A stretch of 64,000 bases of DNA, from assembly GCF_009914755.1 (NCBI RefSeq), contig NC_060937.1. The stretch is one strand, 5' to 3'. The notes under the pieces were generated by a model. It saw nothing but the letters and a program-made list of their open reading frames with translations, was not told the origin of the DNA and ran no database searches. Of the stretch, positions 1-14,898 are shown in pieces. This DNA comes from the human T2T-CHM13v2.0 reference genome, Homo sapiens. Each line of letters opens with the position of its first letter. The first letter of the stretch is position 1. Both the position numbers and the translations under genes were made by a program.

Positions 1-120
1 TTTATATAAAAAACAGAAAACTTACCTTAAATTGATAAATTCTTAAAGACACAAACTACTAAACTCAATCAATAAGTAGATAACCTGAATACAAATGTAT
101 CTATTCAGACATCAAATTCA

Positions 121-483
121 TGGTGCCATGGTTTGTCTCCTCCAAAACTTATGTTGAAATTTAATTGCCATTGTGATGGTATTATGAGGTGGGACCTCTA
201 AGAGGAGTTTAGGTGATGAGGGTTTCACCTTCATGAGTAGGTTGATACAGTTATTGCAAAAGTGGGTTTGCACACTCTTACTCTGTCTGTCTTTCCCTCT
301 CTATTTTTTTTATTATGTGATGCCTTCTGTCATATTTTGATGTAGCAAAGTGGCCCTTGCAGATTCCATCCTCTTGGTCTTGGACTTCCTGCACTCCAGA
401 ACTGTGAGAAATAAATGTATGCTAATTATAAATTATCCAGTCTGTGCTATTTTGTTATAGCAGCATAAAAAAAGACTAAAACA
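121..483 (+). mobile_element. MaLR solo LTR (MSTC/MSTD-like)
   Basis: Begins tg..catggtttg, contains ttggacttcc..ctccagaactgtgagaaataaat and ends tgttatagcagca..gactaaaaca, typical of MST/MLT1A LTRs. Confidence 0.75.
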
Positions 484-734
484 TTTCATTGAAAGCCTTC
501 CCACGAGGAAAATTGTAGGTCAAGATGGCTTTACTGGTGAATACTACCTAACATTTAGGGAGGAATAATATAAATTTATACAAACTCTTCCAGAAAATTA
601 AAGAGAATATAATACAAATTATTCTCTGACGCCAGAATTACCATGATGTGATACCAAAGACATTATAAGAAAAGTGCAACTTATTATCCCACATGAGCAT
701 AGATGCAAATAATGTAAACAAAATTCTAAGAATC

Positions 735-955
735 TCTCTATATCATATATAATATTATCTCTCTATATATAATATAATATATATCTCTATATATTGTATA
801 TCTATATATAATATATATCTCTATATATTATATATCTATATATAATATTATCTCTATATATTATATATGTAATATTATCTATCTTTCTATATGTAATATT
901 ATCTATCTTTTGATATGTAATATTATATATATAATATTATTTTTATATATATAAT
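735..955. repeat. AT-rich degenerate minisatellite (atataatattatctctctat-like units)
   Basis: Directly visible ~20-bp imperfect units. Confidence 0.85.
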
Positions 956-1427
956 CTCAACACAGCAGGGTTTATCCCACGAATGTAAGTTGCATTAACT
1001 TTCAAAAATAATCAGAGGAATTTGTTATATTAACAAAGTGCAAAAGAAAATCATTATAATTGTCTCAATAATCCCGAGAAAGCATTCGAAAAAATCCAGT
1101 ATCTTCTTCTGTTGGGAAGTACGAATAAAATAATATTCCCTCAGAGATGAAAATGGGCCACTGAAACATTTGGTCTAACATTATACTTAAAGATACAAAT
1201 CTATAAGCTTCTTCATAAGGTCAAGAATAACTTCAGGATGTCAGCTCTCACTGTTTAATGTTGCATCAGAGATTCTATCCAGTGCACTAGAAAGAAAGCA
1301 TAACACCTATCTACAGTAATGCATCCAAATGGGAAAGGAAAGTCTAATACTTTCTTTTTTTGAAGAAAATATTTAGCAATGTAGAAAAATAAAAATATAC
1401 AAAGCTTCAAGAACTAGTGTTTAGTAA

Positions 1428-1796
<369 letters not shown>

Positions 1797-1938
1797 TAAA
1801 GTATAAATTACTTAGAAATAAATTTAACAAAAAAATATGAAAGACTAGGACATTGCCATCTATACAACAATGTTAATAGCAATTAAGATACAATTAAATG
1901 GAAAAAATCATGTTAAAGGGTTAAAGATTAAATGTTGC

Positions 1939-1939
<1 letters not shown>

Positions 1940-1968
<29 letters not shown>
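1940..1968. repeat. (TG)14 microsatellite
   Basis: Visible. Confidence 0.95.
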
Positions 1969-1971
<3 letters not shown>

Positions 1972-3258
1972 ATAGATTCAATAAAGTCAACATCAAAATT
2001 CCTGATTTTAGCTTTTATTATAAAGCTCCAGTAATTGAGAAAACAAGATATCAGAGCTAACTTGAGAATACAGATTAATGAAAAGGAGTAATGCCCAAAA
2101 TAGACCTACACATATATGGACACATGTTTTGCAAACCATGTGCAAAGAAAATTTCATAAAGAAAGACAGCTTTTACCAAATAGTTTTAGAACAGTATATT
2201 TTGTCAAATTCTACTAAAAAACAAACAAACAAAAACAGTTAACTCATAATAAATCATAGACCTGATTATAAAAATTCAAACTATAAAAATGTTAGAGGAA
2301 AACACAGAAAATCTTCTTTTCTTCAACTTAAATTAGACAATGATTCTTCCATATTACATCAAAAGCACAATTTATAAAAACAATATGTGACAAATGGGGT
2401 TTTATTAACATTTTTAAAACGTAGTCTTTAAAAATACTATTAGGAGATGGAAAAGATAAGCCACAATCTGAGAAAAAAAAAGTGAAATCATTATCTGATT
2501 ATCAATTTATGCAGAGAAGGATGAAGAACTCTCAACAATGGATAACTACTGGAAGTGTGCTGAGAGGAACTCTGAGGATCTATTCCCCAATAAAACAACC
2601 ATGACTGAGATATATTATATTAAAAAACCCAATCATTTAATAATCACTGGAAATTGTCATAAGGGCAAACACCAAATGAGGAAACATTTATTCAACAAAA
2701 CATTTTAAAACTCAGTAAGAATATCTAGAATGTGGCATTCAAGCCATGACGTGCTCCTTTTACCCCCATCACCAAGCTCAGTGTGGAGTAAACTCTATTA
2801 TAGGTGGATGTGATTGGGAAGACAGGATTCCCTTTCTGCTTAGATTTCTGTCCAATGCCATGATATCTCCTTAAGGGTGGTAGACCACAAATTGTTCTCA
2901 CCCTCCTTCCCCCAGCTCCATGCTGCAAAGGCCAATGTCTGGAATAGTGCAGACAAAACATCAAGGGATCCATTCAGTTCCCTTTTGTCGGGTGTGACAG
3001 GCAGAGTATACTTGGGTCCTGATTGTGCTTGCCCCAGCTCACTGGAGGGGTGGAGGCTCAATGCCAGGAGAGGCCAATCAAGGAGGCCATCGGTTATGTG
3101 CTCCCAAGACCCTGCTTGTAAAATATGGGTGTCAGTCAAAGAGAAGTGATCCACTGTCTGTGTACTCAGTTCTAGAGCATCTACTAAAAAATTTTGTCCT
3201 AGAGAAAAGGCAAACTTTAAGACCAGACACCTCCAAAACTATCCCCACAGTAACTGAG

Positions 3259-3559
3259 TTTGTTTGTTTGTTTGTTTGAGATGGAGTTTCACTCTTTTTG
3301 CCCAGGCTGGAGTGAAATGGCATGATCTCTGCTTATCACAACCTCCTCCTCCGGGGTTCAAGTGATTCTCTTGCTACAGCCTCCCATGTAGCTGGGATTA
3401 TAGGCACACACCACCACAACTGACTAATTTCATATTTTTAGTAGAGATGGGGTTTCATCATGTTGGCCAGGCTGGTCTTGAACTCCTGACCTCCAGTAAT
3501 CCACTCACCTCAGCCTCCAAAAGTGCTGGGATTACAGGCTTGAGCCACCAAGCCTGACC
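3259..3559 (-). mobile_element. Alu (AluSq/Sp-like) with (TTTG)n tail
   Basis: Full reverse Alu body with gagtttcactct..gcccagg signature; approximate TSD aactga(g/a)ttt. Confidence 0.93.
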
Positions 3560-5093
3560 AGGAACTGAATTTATTTAAAACAGCATGTGAGGAAATTCGA
3601 GCCTAAGATAATTCTCAAAATCTCAGAAACTGAATCTTCTGAGGAATAACTATCAGAGGCTTCACACTGTTTAGGATTTAGATGTTACTAAAATACCAGC
3701 AAAGTCACTAAAGAAATAGGCATGCAAGTAACACAGCAACAACTCATGGAAGAAAGAGTGGAATCAGTACTCAGAGGTGCTACAATATTTAATTAAATGT
3801 CAATTTTTCACAAATTATTAGGCATGCAAAGAAATAGAAAAGTGGAATCTATAGCCAGGAATTAAAGCAGGTAACAGAAATTTTTTTGGTGACAGAGGCT
3901 AATTATCAGACTTATCAAAGGTCTTTAAACAGCCAGTTTAAATATTTTCAAAGAACTAAAGCAAACCATACTTAAAGAATTAAAGGAGGGTGTGATGAAA
4001 ATATCTCATTAAATGTAGAATATTAACAAAAAATGATTATTAAAAAAGGAAACACATGGAAATTTTGAATTAAAACTATATTAGCTAAAATTTAAATTTT
4101 CAATAAAGAGTATCAACAGTAAATTACATTAGCAGAAGAATCAACAAACATGAAAATAGAAATTATGGTAGCCAAAGAACAGAGAGAAAAAACTAATAAT
4201 GAAGAAATCCTCAGTAATATATGAGGCATCATTGATCACTCCAACAAAGTGAAAAAGGAGTATATGAAGAGAAAATAGAAAAAGAGGATTGGAAAACATA
4301 ATTGAAGAAATAATAGCTGAAAACTTCCCAAATTTAATAAAAAATATTAAGAATCCAAAAACTTCAATAAACTTGTCATAGGATAAACACCAGTAGATTC
4401 ACACCCAGCCACACTGCAGTAAAAATGTTGAAGACATGGACAAAAGAGAAAATCTTGAATTCATTAGAGAAAAACACTTTATAGATGAGAAAAACCTAGT
4501 AAGATTAATAACAAAGTTCTCATAAAAAAAATAGAGGCAAGAAGGCAGTAATTTGACATACTCAAAGTAGTGAAAAACAAAAAGAAAAAGCAACAAGTCA
4601 ACCAAAGTTACCTTTCAAAAATATTGGCAGATGAACACAGTCCCCATTTCTCAAAACAACAGCAACAACAACAAAAGAAAATACGAATAAAGAAACAGAC
4701 GTCATAAGGAAACTATAAACTAATATATCTTATGCATATAGATGCAAATGTCTTACACAAAACTGGGTAGAGACAACTCCATTAATATTCACATGCCAAA
4801 GAGTAAAGTTAGGCCTATTCCTCACATTACACAGAAAATTAATTCAAAGTAAATCATAGACATAATTGTAAGAAGTAACATTATAAAAATCTTTGAAAAA
4901 CACATTTGAGTAACTTTCTTAACTTGGGTTACACAATGGTTTCTTCGATATGACACCAAAAGCACAGTAATAAAAGGAAAAATAAGTTGGACTTCATTAG
5001 AATTAAAAAGTATTTTGCTTCAATACACACTATCAGGAAAAGGAGACAACACATAGAATGGGAGAAAGTATTTGCACATTATATAAGCAAATG

Positions 5094-5432
5094 GTATGCT
5101 TTAGTCAATTGGACCTATTATAATGAAAATGCCATAGACTGAGTGACTTAAACAACAACATTTTATTTTTCACAATTCTGGAAGCTGGAAGTCCAAGGTT
5201 TAAGTGCCTGCACTTCTGTTTCCTAATGTGTAGATGGTTCTTTTCTCCATGAACCTTTACATGGCATAGTGAGAGAGCTCTCTCATGTCTACTTATATGA
5301 TCCAAAATCCCATTTACAAACTTTATGACCTAATTACCTCCCAAAGACTCTACTTTCTAATATCATTCAATACCATTGGTGGTTAGAATATTAACACATG
5401 ACTTTTGAGAGACACAAACTTTCTGTCCATAG
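5094..5432 (-). mobile_element. MaLR LTR (MLT1A-like)
   Basis: ccatagactgagtgacttaaacaaca..ttctggaagctggaagtccaag..tgacctaattacctcccaaag..tccatag. Confidence 0.7.
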
Positions 5433-6025
5433 AAAGGGATTTTATCTAGAATGTGTAAGATTCTCACAACTCAATAATAAAAACACAAATAATCCAGTAA
5501 AATGAACAAAAAGGGGTTAGATATTTCTCCAAAGCAGATATAAAATTGGACTGTTCTGTAACAAATAAAATATTTTCTACACAATTTGCCTTTAGTGAAA
5601 TACAACTCAAAACCACAGTGAGATATCACTTTAGTCTCACTAGAATGGCTAAAATAAAAAAGACAGTTAAAATGAGTATTGGTGAATATGAGGAACACTT
5701 GAACTCCTCATCAACTGCTACTGGAAATATATATTGGTGGAGCTAATTTGGAAAACAGTCTGACAGTTTCTCAAAAACTTGTAGAGCTATCATATGTTCT
5801 AGCAATTTAGGCCCAAGAGAAGTGAAAACATATGTTCACTTAAAAACTTGTATATGGAAGTTCATAGTAGCTCTAGTCATAATAGCACCAATGTGGAAAC
5901 AATATAAATGTTTATCAATTGACTAATGGATTAATAAAATGTGGTATATCGTTACAATGGAATATTTTCAATTATAAAATGAAAAGAAGTGATGATACAT
6001 AGTGATCATTATTTTCATAACGATT

Positions 6026-6141
6026 TACCTGGGAGGCTGAGATGGGGGGATTACTTTAGCTTAGGATTTTAAGGGCACAGTGAGCTATGATCGTTTTACT
6101 GTAGTCTAGCCTGGATGACAAAGCAAGACCCTGTCTCAAAA
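6026..6141 (+). mobile_element. AluJ/FRAM right-arm fragment
   Basis: gggaggctgag..cagtgagctatgatcg..agcctggatgacaaagcaagaccctgtctcaaaa. Confidence 0.85.
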
Positions 6142-6350
6142 ATTTATTATTTAATAATGATTTAACTAGTTTTTGGAAGTGACTACCAATGAATATGGGG
6201 TTTGTTTTGGGGGTGATGAAAATATTCTAAAGTCAGCTATAGTGATGGTTGCCCAACTCAGTGAATATACAAACAAAAAATTCAATCGTACAGCTTAAGA
6301 GGGTGGGTTGTGTGATATGTGAATTATATCTCAAAACAGCTGTTATATTA

Positions 6351-7280
6351 AAAGAAACTCACCAAAAAGAAAATAAACCAGTAAATGTCTGGCAAAACAT
6401 TTTAACAGGCACATAGCCAAAGAAGTAACAGGCACATAACCAAAGAAGATACAGATATAGCAAGTAAGCACATGATATGATGTTCAATATCATTAGTCAT
6501 TAGGGAAATGCAAATTAAGACCACAATGAAATATCACTACCTATCCATTAAAACGTGTAAAGTTAGATAGACCTGGTGAGACTGAAGGGGGACTCAAACT
6601 TTTTACAGTGCTGCAGGGACTGTAAATTAGAACATCAACTTTGAAAGCCAACTTTTCAGTTTCTGAAAAAGTTAAACAAATGTACTATATGGTCTAACCA
6701 TTCTACCCCAGACATTTATCCAAAAGAAATGAAACCTATTTATCCATACAATGAGCTGTGTACCAATGTTCATAACATCTTAATTTATCATAGCAAAAAA
6801 AAAAAAAAAAAAAAAAAACAAAAGAAAAAACTACCTAAATGCCCATCAATAGCCAAGACGTAGTCCAGAACAGGTTTATCAACAAGCTTGTTATATTTAC
6901 ACAGTAGAATGCTATTCAGTAATAGAACGGAATAAACTATTCAAATACATGGGAACACTGATGAATTCTCAAAATTAGTATATTTATATGTGAAAGTAAC
7001 AAGACAAAAAAGAGCATGCACTGTATAATTATATTTTTTTATGTTCTAGGAAATTTAAATTAATATGTAATAGCAGAAAGAAAATTAGTTTACTGAGGGC
7101 AGTTTGGGTGGAAGCGGTAGTAAATGGGGGGAGAGATTGGAAAGGAACATGAAAATTTTGGCGAGTAATGGATGTGTTTATTATCTAACTTTGTAGCTAG
7201 CTGGTTTCAGGCATACACACATTTGTCAAAACATATCAGATTGTACATTTTAAATGTGTGTAGTGTATGTTAATAATTTT
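6351..7280 (+). mobile_element. Old L1 ORF2 end and 3'UTR (continuation of the 1-2540 element)
   Basis: tcattagtcattagggaaatgcaaattaagaccacaatga..; 3'UTR tgtcaaaacatatcagattgtacattttaaat. Confidence 0.7.
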
Positions 7281-7449
7281 TCTTTTTAAAATGAGGGTCT
7301 AATTCAACCATTATGCTTGTCAATTAGAATATTACTATACTGACAGAACAACATGGATAATCAGAAATTATGGATTATAAGCACATTATTACTCTTAAAT
7401 ATAAAAATGCAGAGAACTTCATAATACATCATTTTAAAAATATCACCTT

Positions 7450-7836
<387 letters not shown>

Positions 7837-10329
7837 CTAGCTTACGTCTAAACAATTATCTTTTTCAAGTGAGAACCTCATCAAACAAGCAGTCAAGTGC
7901 AAATACAATATATATAATTTTTAATCTTTCCACCTGAATTCACCAATTCCATAATTTTTTTTTATTCATTTTTAGTGGTTTTGAATTCAAAAACATTATA
8001 AAATCTTCAACATGATGGTTGAAAAAGCTCTAAATGTCTATAAGCATTTTCTTATTTATGAAATGAATCATAGGCATTTAGAATACTGAGAGTGTCTTTA
8101 GCTGTAAAACTCTGGTTACTGAGTGCTGTTTGAGTACTCAAAAACAATACTAAACAAGGTATATATTAAAAAAAAACTACTGCAGTTTTAAAAATATATT
8201 TCAAGCACTATGTTATTAAGATGTAATTTAACACATAATATACTTCTTCTTTGCATTAATATTTAAGGAGTTAACATATATTACATTAAGCTCTGTAAAG
8301 CAAATATTAGCTGAGTTTGCCCTGACTTTCAAGGTAGGAACATAGTTGGCTCAATTCCCATTATCTCACAATCAGAATGAAATGGATGTCTTCTGCAAGA
8401 TATTTGTTAATTGCCACAAATTTACAAAATCATGGTCACCTCTCCATCCAATTTCCTGTTCCCAGTCCACCTACTAGTATCTAATATCCCATGGCTTTTA
8501 ATCTCCTTACTCAGGCTTTGAATCAGACAAAAGCCAAACTCATTTTCTTTAAGCTTTTCAAAATAACTGACAAATAAAGCAAAAGTGTCTTATTAGACAT
8601 CTCTCCTCTTAAAGTTGTCTTGCACTCTGCCATCCAGAGTTTCTCACTGGGAAGCTTTCTGAAGGCTCCAGCTTCCTGCCGTGTGGATTAATTTACCTGG
8701 AATTCTACATTATCGTTTTCATGGCGTCGAAAATTCTTTGCCGTCTCTGAACCAGAGATTTGAATTTCTGGCAGTATGTGACTCAAAGGTATTGTGCCTT
8801 AGATTCACCTAGTATATGCTAAATTTATCTAAATGTTAGAGGTGCGGGTATTGCTTACAAATCTCTTACTTGTGACAGTCCCTGGAAAGTAGTAGCAAAT
8901 AAGTGAACATATTCATCAACTAGCCACCTGACTTAAAGATAACTTAATTAGGGGTAAGTAAACGCCTTTTCCTTGAGATTCAGGGACACTACCTTATATA
9001 GTTGAGACATCTTTCATGAGCTCTCCTATTCTGAGCAGCAATTTCCAGCATACTTCATTCCTGTGCTGTTTCTTAAGGAGAACGATGATGGCTTACAGTC
9101 TCTCTTCTTCCTCAATTAACTTCCTGAAAGAAAGCGCTTTATTATATTATGCTTTTCCCAAAATGACACTCTTCAGAGCTTCTGTGGTAACTTATTCAGA
9201 TCCTTCCTGTTTTTCCTTTCTTCATTTAGTGGTATGCATCTCCATTCTTTTTCTTTTTTTTTTTTTTTTGCAGTACACATTATATTAATATCCATGAAGC
9301 AACATCTGTGCCTTCTTCTTACTGCTTAGTTAAACATTTAGAAATCTGAAATCTGATTCTCCTTTACTCAACCTATAGGCTCATACATATTTAAGAGCTG
9401 TTATACAAATGGTAACATACTCTGAAACACTTGAAATTGCAAACTATTAATGACTTTTAGAGGATAGCCTCAGAAATTTCAAATAACATACTTGATTTCT
9501 ATGCATCTGACACCTTTCATGTTCTTTTTAAAAATTTCTACATCTTGCTATGGTAAACTGACTACTATTGTAAATCTACAGTTCCCATTCACTCCCTGGC
9601 ATTTGTTGAAGCTACTTCCAGTAATTTTTTTAGATGTAGTCTCTACTATACTGAAATGTCCCAACATATGAGACTGCTCTCTTTCAGAATCACTCTTAGC
9701 TAAAACAAGCTTGTAACCACTCATATATTTGGGCATATATTTTTGATATTGAATTACATAAAAACATGTAGACCATTTATTTGCCTGTAATATTAAAAAA
9801 ATGAATATATGTACTATTAAAAGTTTATGCCATAATTTTGGTATTCTCTTCTTGTCTAAAAGATAAAGGTTGAAAATGCAATCTCAGACTCAAAATGATT
9901 TCAGATAGCTATCTATGAATATAATGTAATGATAAATCAAGAGCCATGTTTTAATACCCTGTACCATTCTTTTACAAATAGGTATTTTGAAGGTGCATGC
10001 ATGGCTGCTTCAATTATTAAGATAATGATTGCTTCAAGACACAGATTGGGCTGCACATAAACTCATAAGCACTTGAAATCTATTCTTCAGATGTAATTTA
10101 AAATGAAATTCCTGGTCACTTTCATCTTTGAGATTTACTTTAAAACCATCTAGACTCCTCATTATCCCTTGCTCTGAAGCCTGGTCCTTTTCCAGGGCCA
10201 CTGCACATTCTAGGGGAGACAAGGGAGAAGAACTTGGAACAAAGTATATTCACTTTCATCCCCATGTGGAAACAAGAGAGTTGAATGTGAAACAGATTAT
10301 ATAATCTTTCTTTCTAATATCCTTTTCCC

Positions 10330-10710
10330 TATGGCTTTTTCCATAGGACATTGTAGTTTTTCCTAAAATGGTGAAGGTATCTGCCTATTAAATCTGGGAT
10401 CATGCTTTTTACTTGCTTTGGCCCCTAAAATAATGAATAGGTAATAGTGATGGTATGCCAGTTTCAACCCTACACCTTAAGAATTATGACATGTTTTTCC
10501 TCCCTTTTTCACATTTTCACTACCTCTTTAAAAACATGTGCCCAAGCTAGCTCACTGATCCAGAAAGATGAAACACACTTCAAATACAAACAAGTAAGTC
10601 TGCATCAACTAAGCACTGCTTATGCACAAGAAGCAAATATTAAATTATGTATGCCACTGGATTCTGTGGTTGTTTTTAATCAGTAATTTTATGCCAGTAA
10701 TTAATTGTAC
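10330..10710 (+). mobile_element. Old MaLR LTR fragment (MLT1H/I/J-like)
   Basis: acttgctttggcc..gtgatggtatgccagttt..atgccactggattctgtggttgttt; highly diverged. Confidence 0.45.
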
Positions 10711-11051
10711 TAATTGAACTAACCACTCAAAACTAGGCAAAGATCATAACCCCTGTAATTGTGTTTTCCCACACAACACTCATACAAAATATTTATTTGT
10801 ATGTATTAGATATTACTGAAGGTTTGGGGGAAATATACAGGATCATAATGGTTTCCAATATCAAAATTCTTAAAAGTGAAACTATTGTCAAGTCTTTCAG
10901 CCATCTTACCATGAAGTTCTCATTATCTATTTTCCTAGTGCTTTCCCTTCTGAAGTGGCTCTGCCATTGAACAAGAAATTAATCTGCTTCTACATTCTCC
11001 ATTCCTCTGTGGCTTTCATTCCTCTTCCTAATTTATCATATAGGTGAATTT

Positions 11052-12180
11052 AAAAATCTAGAAGACAACCTAGGTAATACCACTGAAGACATAAGTATGA
11101 GTAAAGATTTCACAATGAAGATGCCAAAAGCAATTGCAACAAAAGCAAAGATTGACAAATGTGATCTAATTGAACTAAAGAGCTTCTGTACAGCAAAATA
11201 AACTATCAATGGAATAAACAGACAACCTACAGAATGGGAGAAAAATTTTGTGAACTATGCACCTGAAAAAGGTCTAATATCCAACATCTACAAGGAACTT
11301 AAACAAATTTATATATATATACAAACAACCCCATTAAATTTTGGGTAAAGGATATGAACAGACACTTCTCAAAAGAAGACATACATGCAGCCAACAAACG
11401 CATGCAAAAAAAGCTTAAAATCACTGACCATTAGAGAAATGCGAACCAAAGCCACAGTGAGATACCATCTCACACCAGTCAGAATGGGCATTACTAAAAA
11501 GTCAAAAAATAACAAATGCTGGTGAGGCTGTGGAGAAAAAGGAATGCTTATACATTGTTGGGGGGAGTGTAAATTAGTTCAACCATTGTAGAAGACATTG
11601 TGGCAATTCCATAAAGACCAAAAGACAGAAACACCATTCAATCCAGCAATTTCATTACTGGTTATACACCCAAAGGAATATAAATTATTCTATTTTAAAG
11701 ATATATGCACGCATATGTTTATTGCAGCACTAATCACAATAGCAAAGACATGGAATCAACCTAAATGTCCACCAGTGATAGATTGGATAAAGAAAATGTG
11801 GTACATATACACCATAGAATACTATACAGCCATAAAACGAATGCAATCATGTCCTTTGCAGGGATATAGGTAGAGCCTGGGGACATTGTCTTTAGCAAAC
11901 TAATGCAGGAACAGAAAATCAAATACTGCATGTTCTCACTTATAAGTGGGAGTGAATGATGAGAACACATGGACTCATGAGGGAGAATAACTCACATTGG
12001 GCCCTGTTGGAGGGTAGAGGGTGGGAGGAGGGAGAGGATCTGGAAAAATAACTAATGGATACCAGGCTTAATACCTGCTGATGAAAAAATCTTTTCAACA
12101 AACCTCCATGACACACGCTTACCTATGTAACAAACTTGTACATGTATCCCTGAACTTAAAAGTTAGAAAAATAAAATAAA
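11052..12180 (+). mobile_element. 5'-truncated L1PA13-16-type LINE-1 (ORF2 C-terminus + 3'UTR)
   Basis: ORF 11598-11873 (..MFIAALITIAKTWNQPKCP..WIKKMWYIYTIEYY) is the L1 ORF2 C-terminus; 3'UTR gggaggagggagaggatc..aataactaatgg; A-rich tail. Confidence 0.92.
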
Positions 12181-14422
12181 ATACCCCTGTACTCTTCAAC
12201 TGTGGATTTCTGTTTACAGACATTATATTGGGATCTGCTGAACAGAATCAGTTAATCAGAGTCATCACTTCATGTGTAAAAGAACAGTAAAATTTGGCAA
12301 TATAAATATTTCCTCCCCTTTTAGATTCTGGTAGATGAAAGTGAGCAAAAAAAATATTTATTTTCCCACAAACAAAATCATGTATTTATCATTTGAAGGT
12401 AGAATCTTCCATAATCATTTTTATTGTAGCTAATAACTTTTTCTCCTACATTAATACAACAGCAGATCTGTATGTTCCAATTTATTATTGACAAGTGCAA
12501 GATCCTATGTAATTGGAATAAACACCTACATTATATGTTTTGAAGTATTTTGAAAATTAGGCATGTTCCAAATTATTCCAAAGGGAAATCTTCTACAAAA
12601 GTGTGTTAGAAAGTTTGTGTTAACTCAGAAATGCCAAAATGATGTTTAAAGGGAGAGAAATATTAGAAGTAGAGTATATTTAATCTGAGGCCCCCAAAAA
12701 CAACTAGGCTGGGATTATTAATTTGGTCATCATTAGAGTGTGGTCTAATTTAAAGAAAATATATCAACAAGCTGTCCTGATCAAATTTCCTTTCTGCAAA
12801 GATCACCTTAGTAGCAACATGGAGACTAAGTTGAAAGAGACATAGAAAGACAAATTAAATATTTACTATATTCATGAAAAATAAAAGTGATTATTTCAAT
12901 GAAAATTGAATAATATTAACTATATTAGGAGAGATTTAGGAAGCAAAACAATGGAACTGTTGAGGGATGTTGGTAGTAAGGAAAAGAGGCTACATGAAGA
13001 TTGCTCCATGATTCACACTTAAGTGTGAATTAGCAGATAGGTTATTATGATTTCTACATGTTTCTTATAGATTCAAAATATATTCAATGTTTTTATCCAA
13101 CTGCATCTGATTGAAATATCACATATTGCAAACCAACCTGTATTCATTTTAACAAAGCAGCTCTAGTTATTCAGTGGAAATCTGGAGGTAATTTCTCCTT
13201 TTTTCTCTTTCAAATATGCTTTTTATAGTGATTTCAGGAACAACAGGTTCATGTGTAGAGGAGGCCAGTGTGGTTAGCATATTAGGTCACTTATTCCTAA
13301 GAGAGAAAATACTGTTGTATCTCTCAGTGAAATGGGCAGGTATATTCATGACAACAAGTGGGACTTCCCGGAAATACTAAATCTCATATCTTGAAGCATC
13401 ATAAAGTATAAGATGGATAAAACCAGTGGCCTGGTAACTCATAAATTTTATCCTGCTCAAACTGACTCATGTCAGTTTCCAGTCTTAGAAATTATTTTCG
13501 TTAAACTGGAATTAGGAGAAAAAAAATTTTATCTATATTTGCTATATGTTAGATTCACACCTCAAAGACTGTCATTGGTTAAAAGATAAAATCTGGCTGG
13601 GATGGAAACCAACATTCAGAAAAGAAGCATTAAAAGAGAAAGAAGAGGGAGATTCTTGATGTCAATCCTGTGTGTGTATTGGGTTAAACACACAACATTG
13701 GGGTAACCTATGGTAATCTCTGACTATGGGTCAGTGAATTCTCTTGTATGCACAAGCTGTTTTCACTTGGAATTTTAAGCTTAAAGTAAATGATCATGCA
13801 AATGCCATTTTGTACAAATGATTTGCAACTTTTAAAAGGGGGATCATTTACATGAAGTATATAGCATATTTCATTATGTACTAGACATCCTTTGAATTAG
13901 CTAGTTAATAAAATTGCAACCATAATTTTGGATTATTTTTTATAACGGTTATATTCTAGTCTATGCTTTCACATAATAAATAATATATTCTATGTACGAA
14001 ATTAAAAATGTTCTGGTATGTCTTAACTATATAAACAACTGTCAAATCAATATATGATAATATTTCAGATATTTAGAAATGCGCTAAAGCTCTTATATGG
14101 TATACCCTAGCTTGCACTGCTCTCGTATGTCTGGTGTGTAGACTGTTAAGTGACACTTGACATGCCTGGTATTTATGTAGCTATAACTTGAAAATGTTGA
14201 AGATAATTATAAAAAATTAGGATTTATAGCTACTCTATAGAACAAAGTGCTTGTTTATGTATTAATTTCTTATTATAATGCTAGAAATAAAGACGAGGCT
14301 TGTAGTGAACAGTAGGTTTAGAATCAAGCTATTGAGTCAATAGAAAACATTCAAAGTATTTCCATTGTGTGATCTAAAAGAACTGTTTGAATTATAAAAA
14401 TATTATATACATATATATATAT

Positions 14423-14593
14423 GGTCTGGGTGTGGTGGCTCATGTCTGTAATCCCAGCACTTTGGGAAGTTGAGGTGGGAGGATCACTTGAGTCCAGGAG
14501 GTAGATCAATTGAGCTGAGAGCATGTCACTGCACTTCAGTCTGGGAGACAGAGTGAGATCCTGTTTCAGAATAAATAAATAAATAAATAAATA
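14423..14593 (+). mobile_element. Monomeric AluJ/FRAM-like SINE with (AAAT)n tail
   Basis: Single ~145-bp Alu arm ending cctgtttcag then aataaataaat. Confidence 0.85.
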
Positions 14594-14594
14594 G

Positions 14595-14898
14595 TGTTAC
14601 AGGTGGGTCTTTGTTCTTAGAGCTCCCAAGATGGGGCAGGCTGCTCCCAAGATGGCAGCAAGCCTTTTGTTCTCTCACCTGATGTTCTTGGCCTCATGGA
14701 TTCGAAGGAATGGAACCTTGGTCTATGCGGTGAGTGTTACAGCTCTATTAGAAGCCTTGGGTCACGGCAGAGAACCGTGGAACCCAGCAACTAGTGTTCA
14801 GCTCTATTAGAATGAATCTGGGCACTTAGCCACGCAGGAACAACTGCAAGCCTCCAGCCGGTTTGGGAGCAGCAATGGGCGCCTTGCTGGATCAGAAA
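14595..14898 (-). mobile_element. HERV-W solo LTR17, U5-side piece
   Basis: Minus strand ends ..ccatcttgggagctctaagaacaaagacccacctgtaaca (LTR17 3' end); flanked by ATAG at 14591-14594. Confidence 0.88.

Larger units (their letters stand above)
2550..6350 (+). mobile_element. Second old L1 (L1MC/MD-like): 5'UTR, ORF1 remnant, internally deleted ORF2, 3' end; nested in the first L1
   Basis: 5'UTR-like ctggaaattgtcataagggca..gaaacatttattcaa (~2650-2700); ORF1 hallmark gaagaaataatagctgaaaacttcccaaattt (~4304); 3'UTR gggtgatgaaaatattcta..gtgaattatatctcaaaacagctgtt (~6212-6345). Confidence 0.65.
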
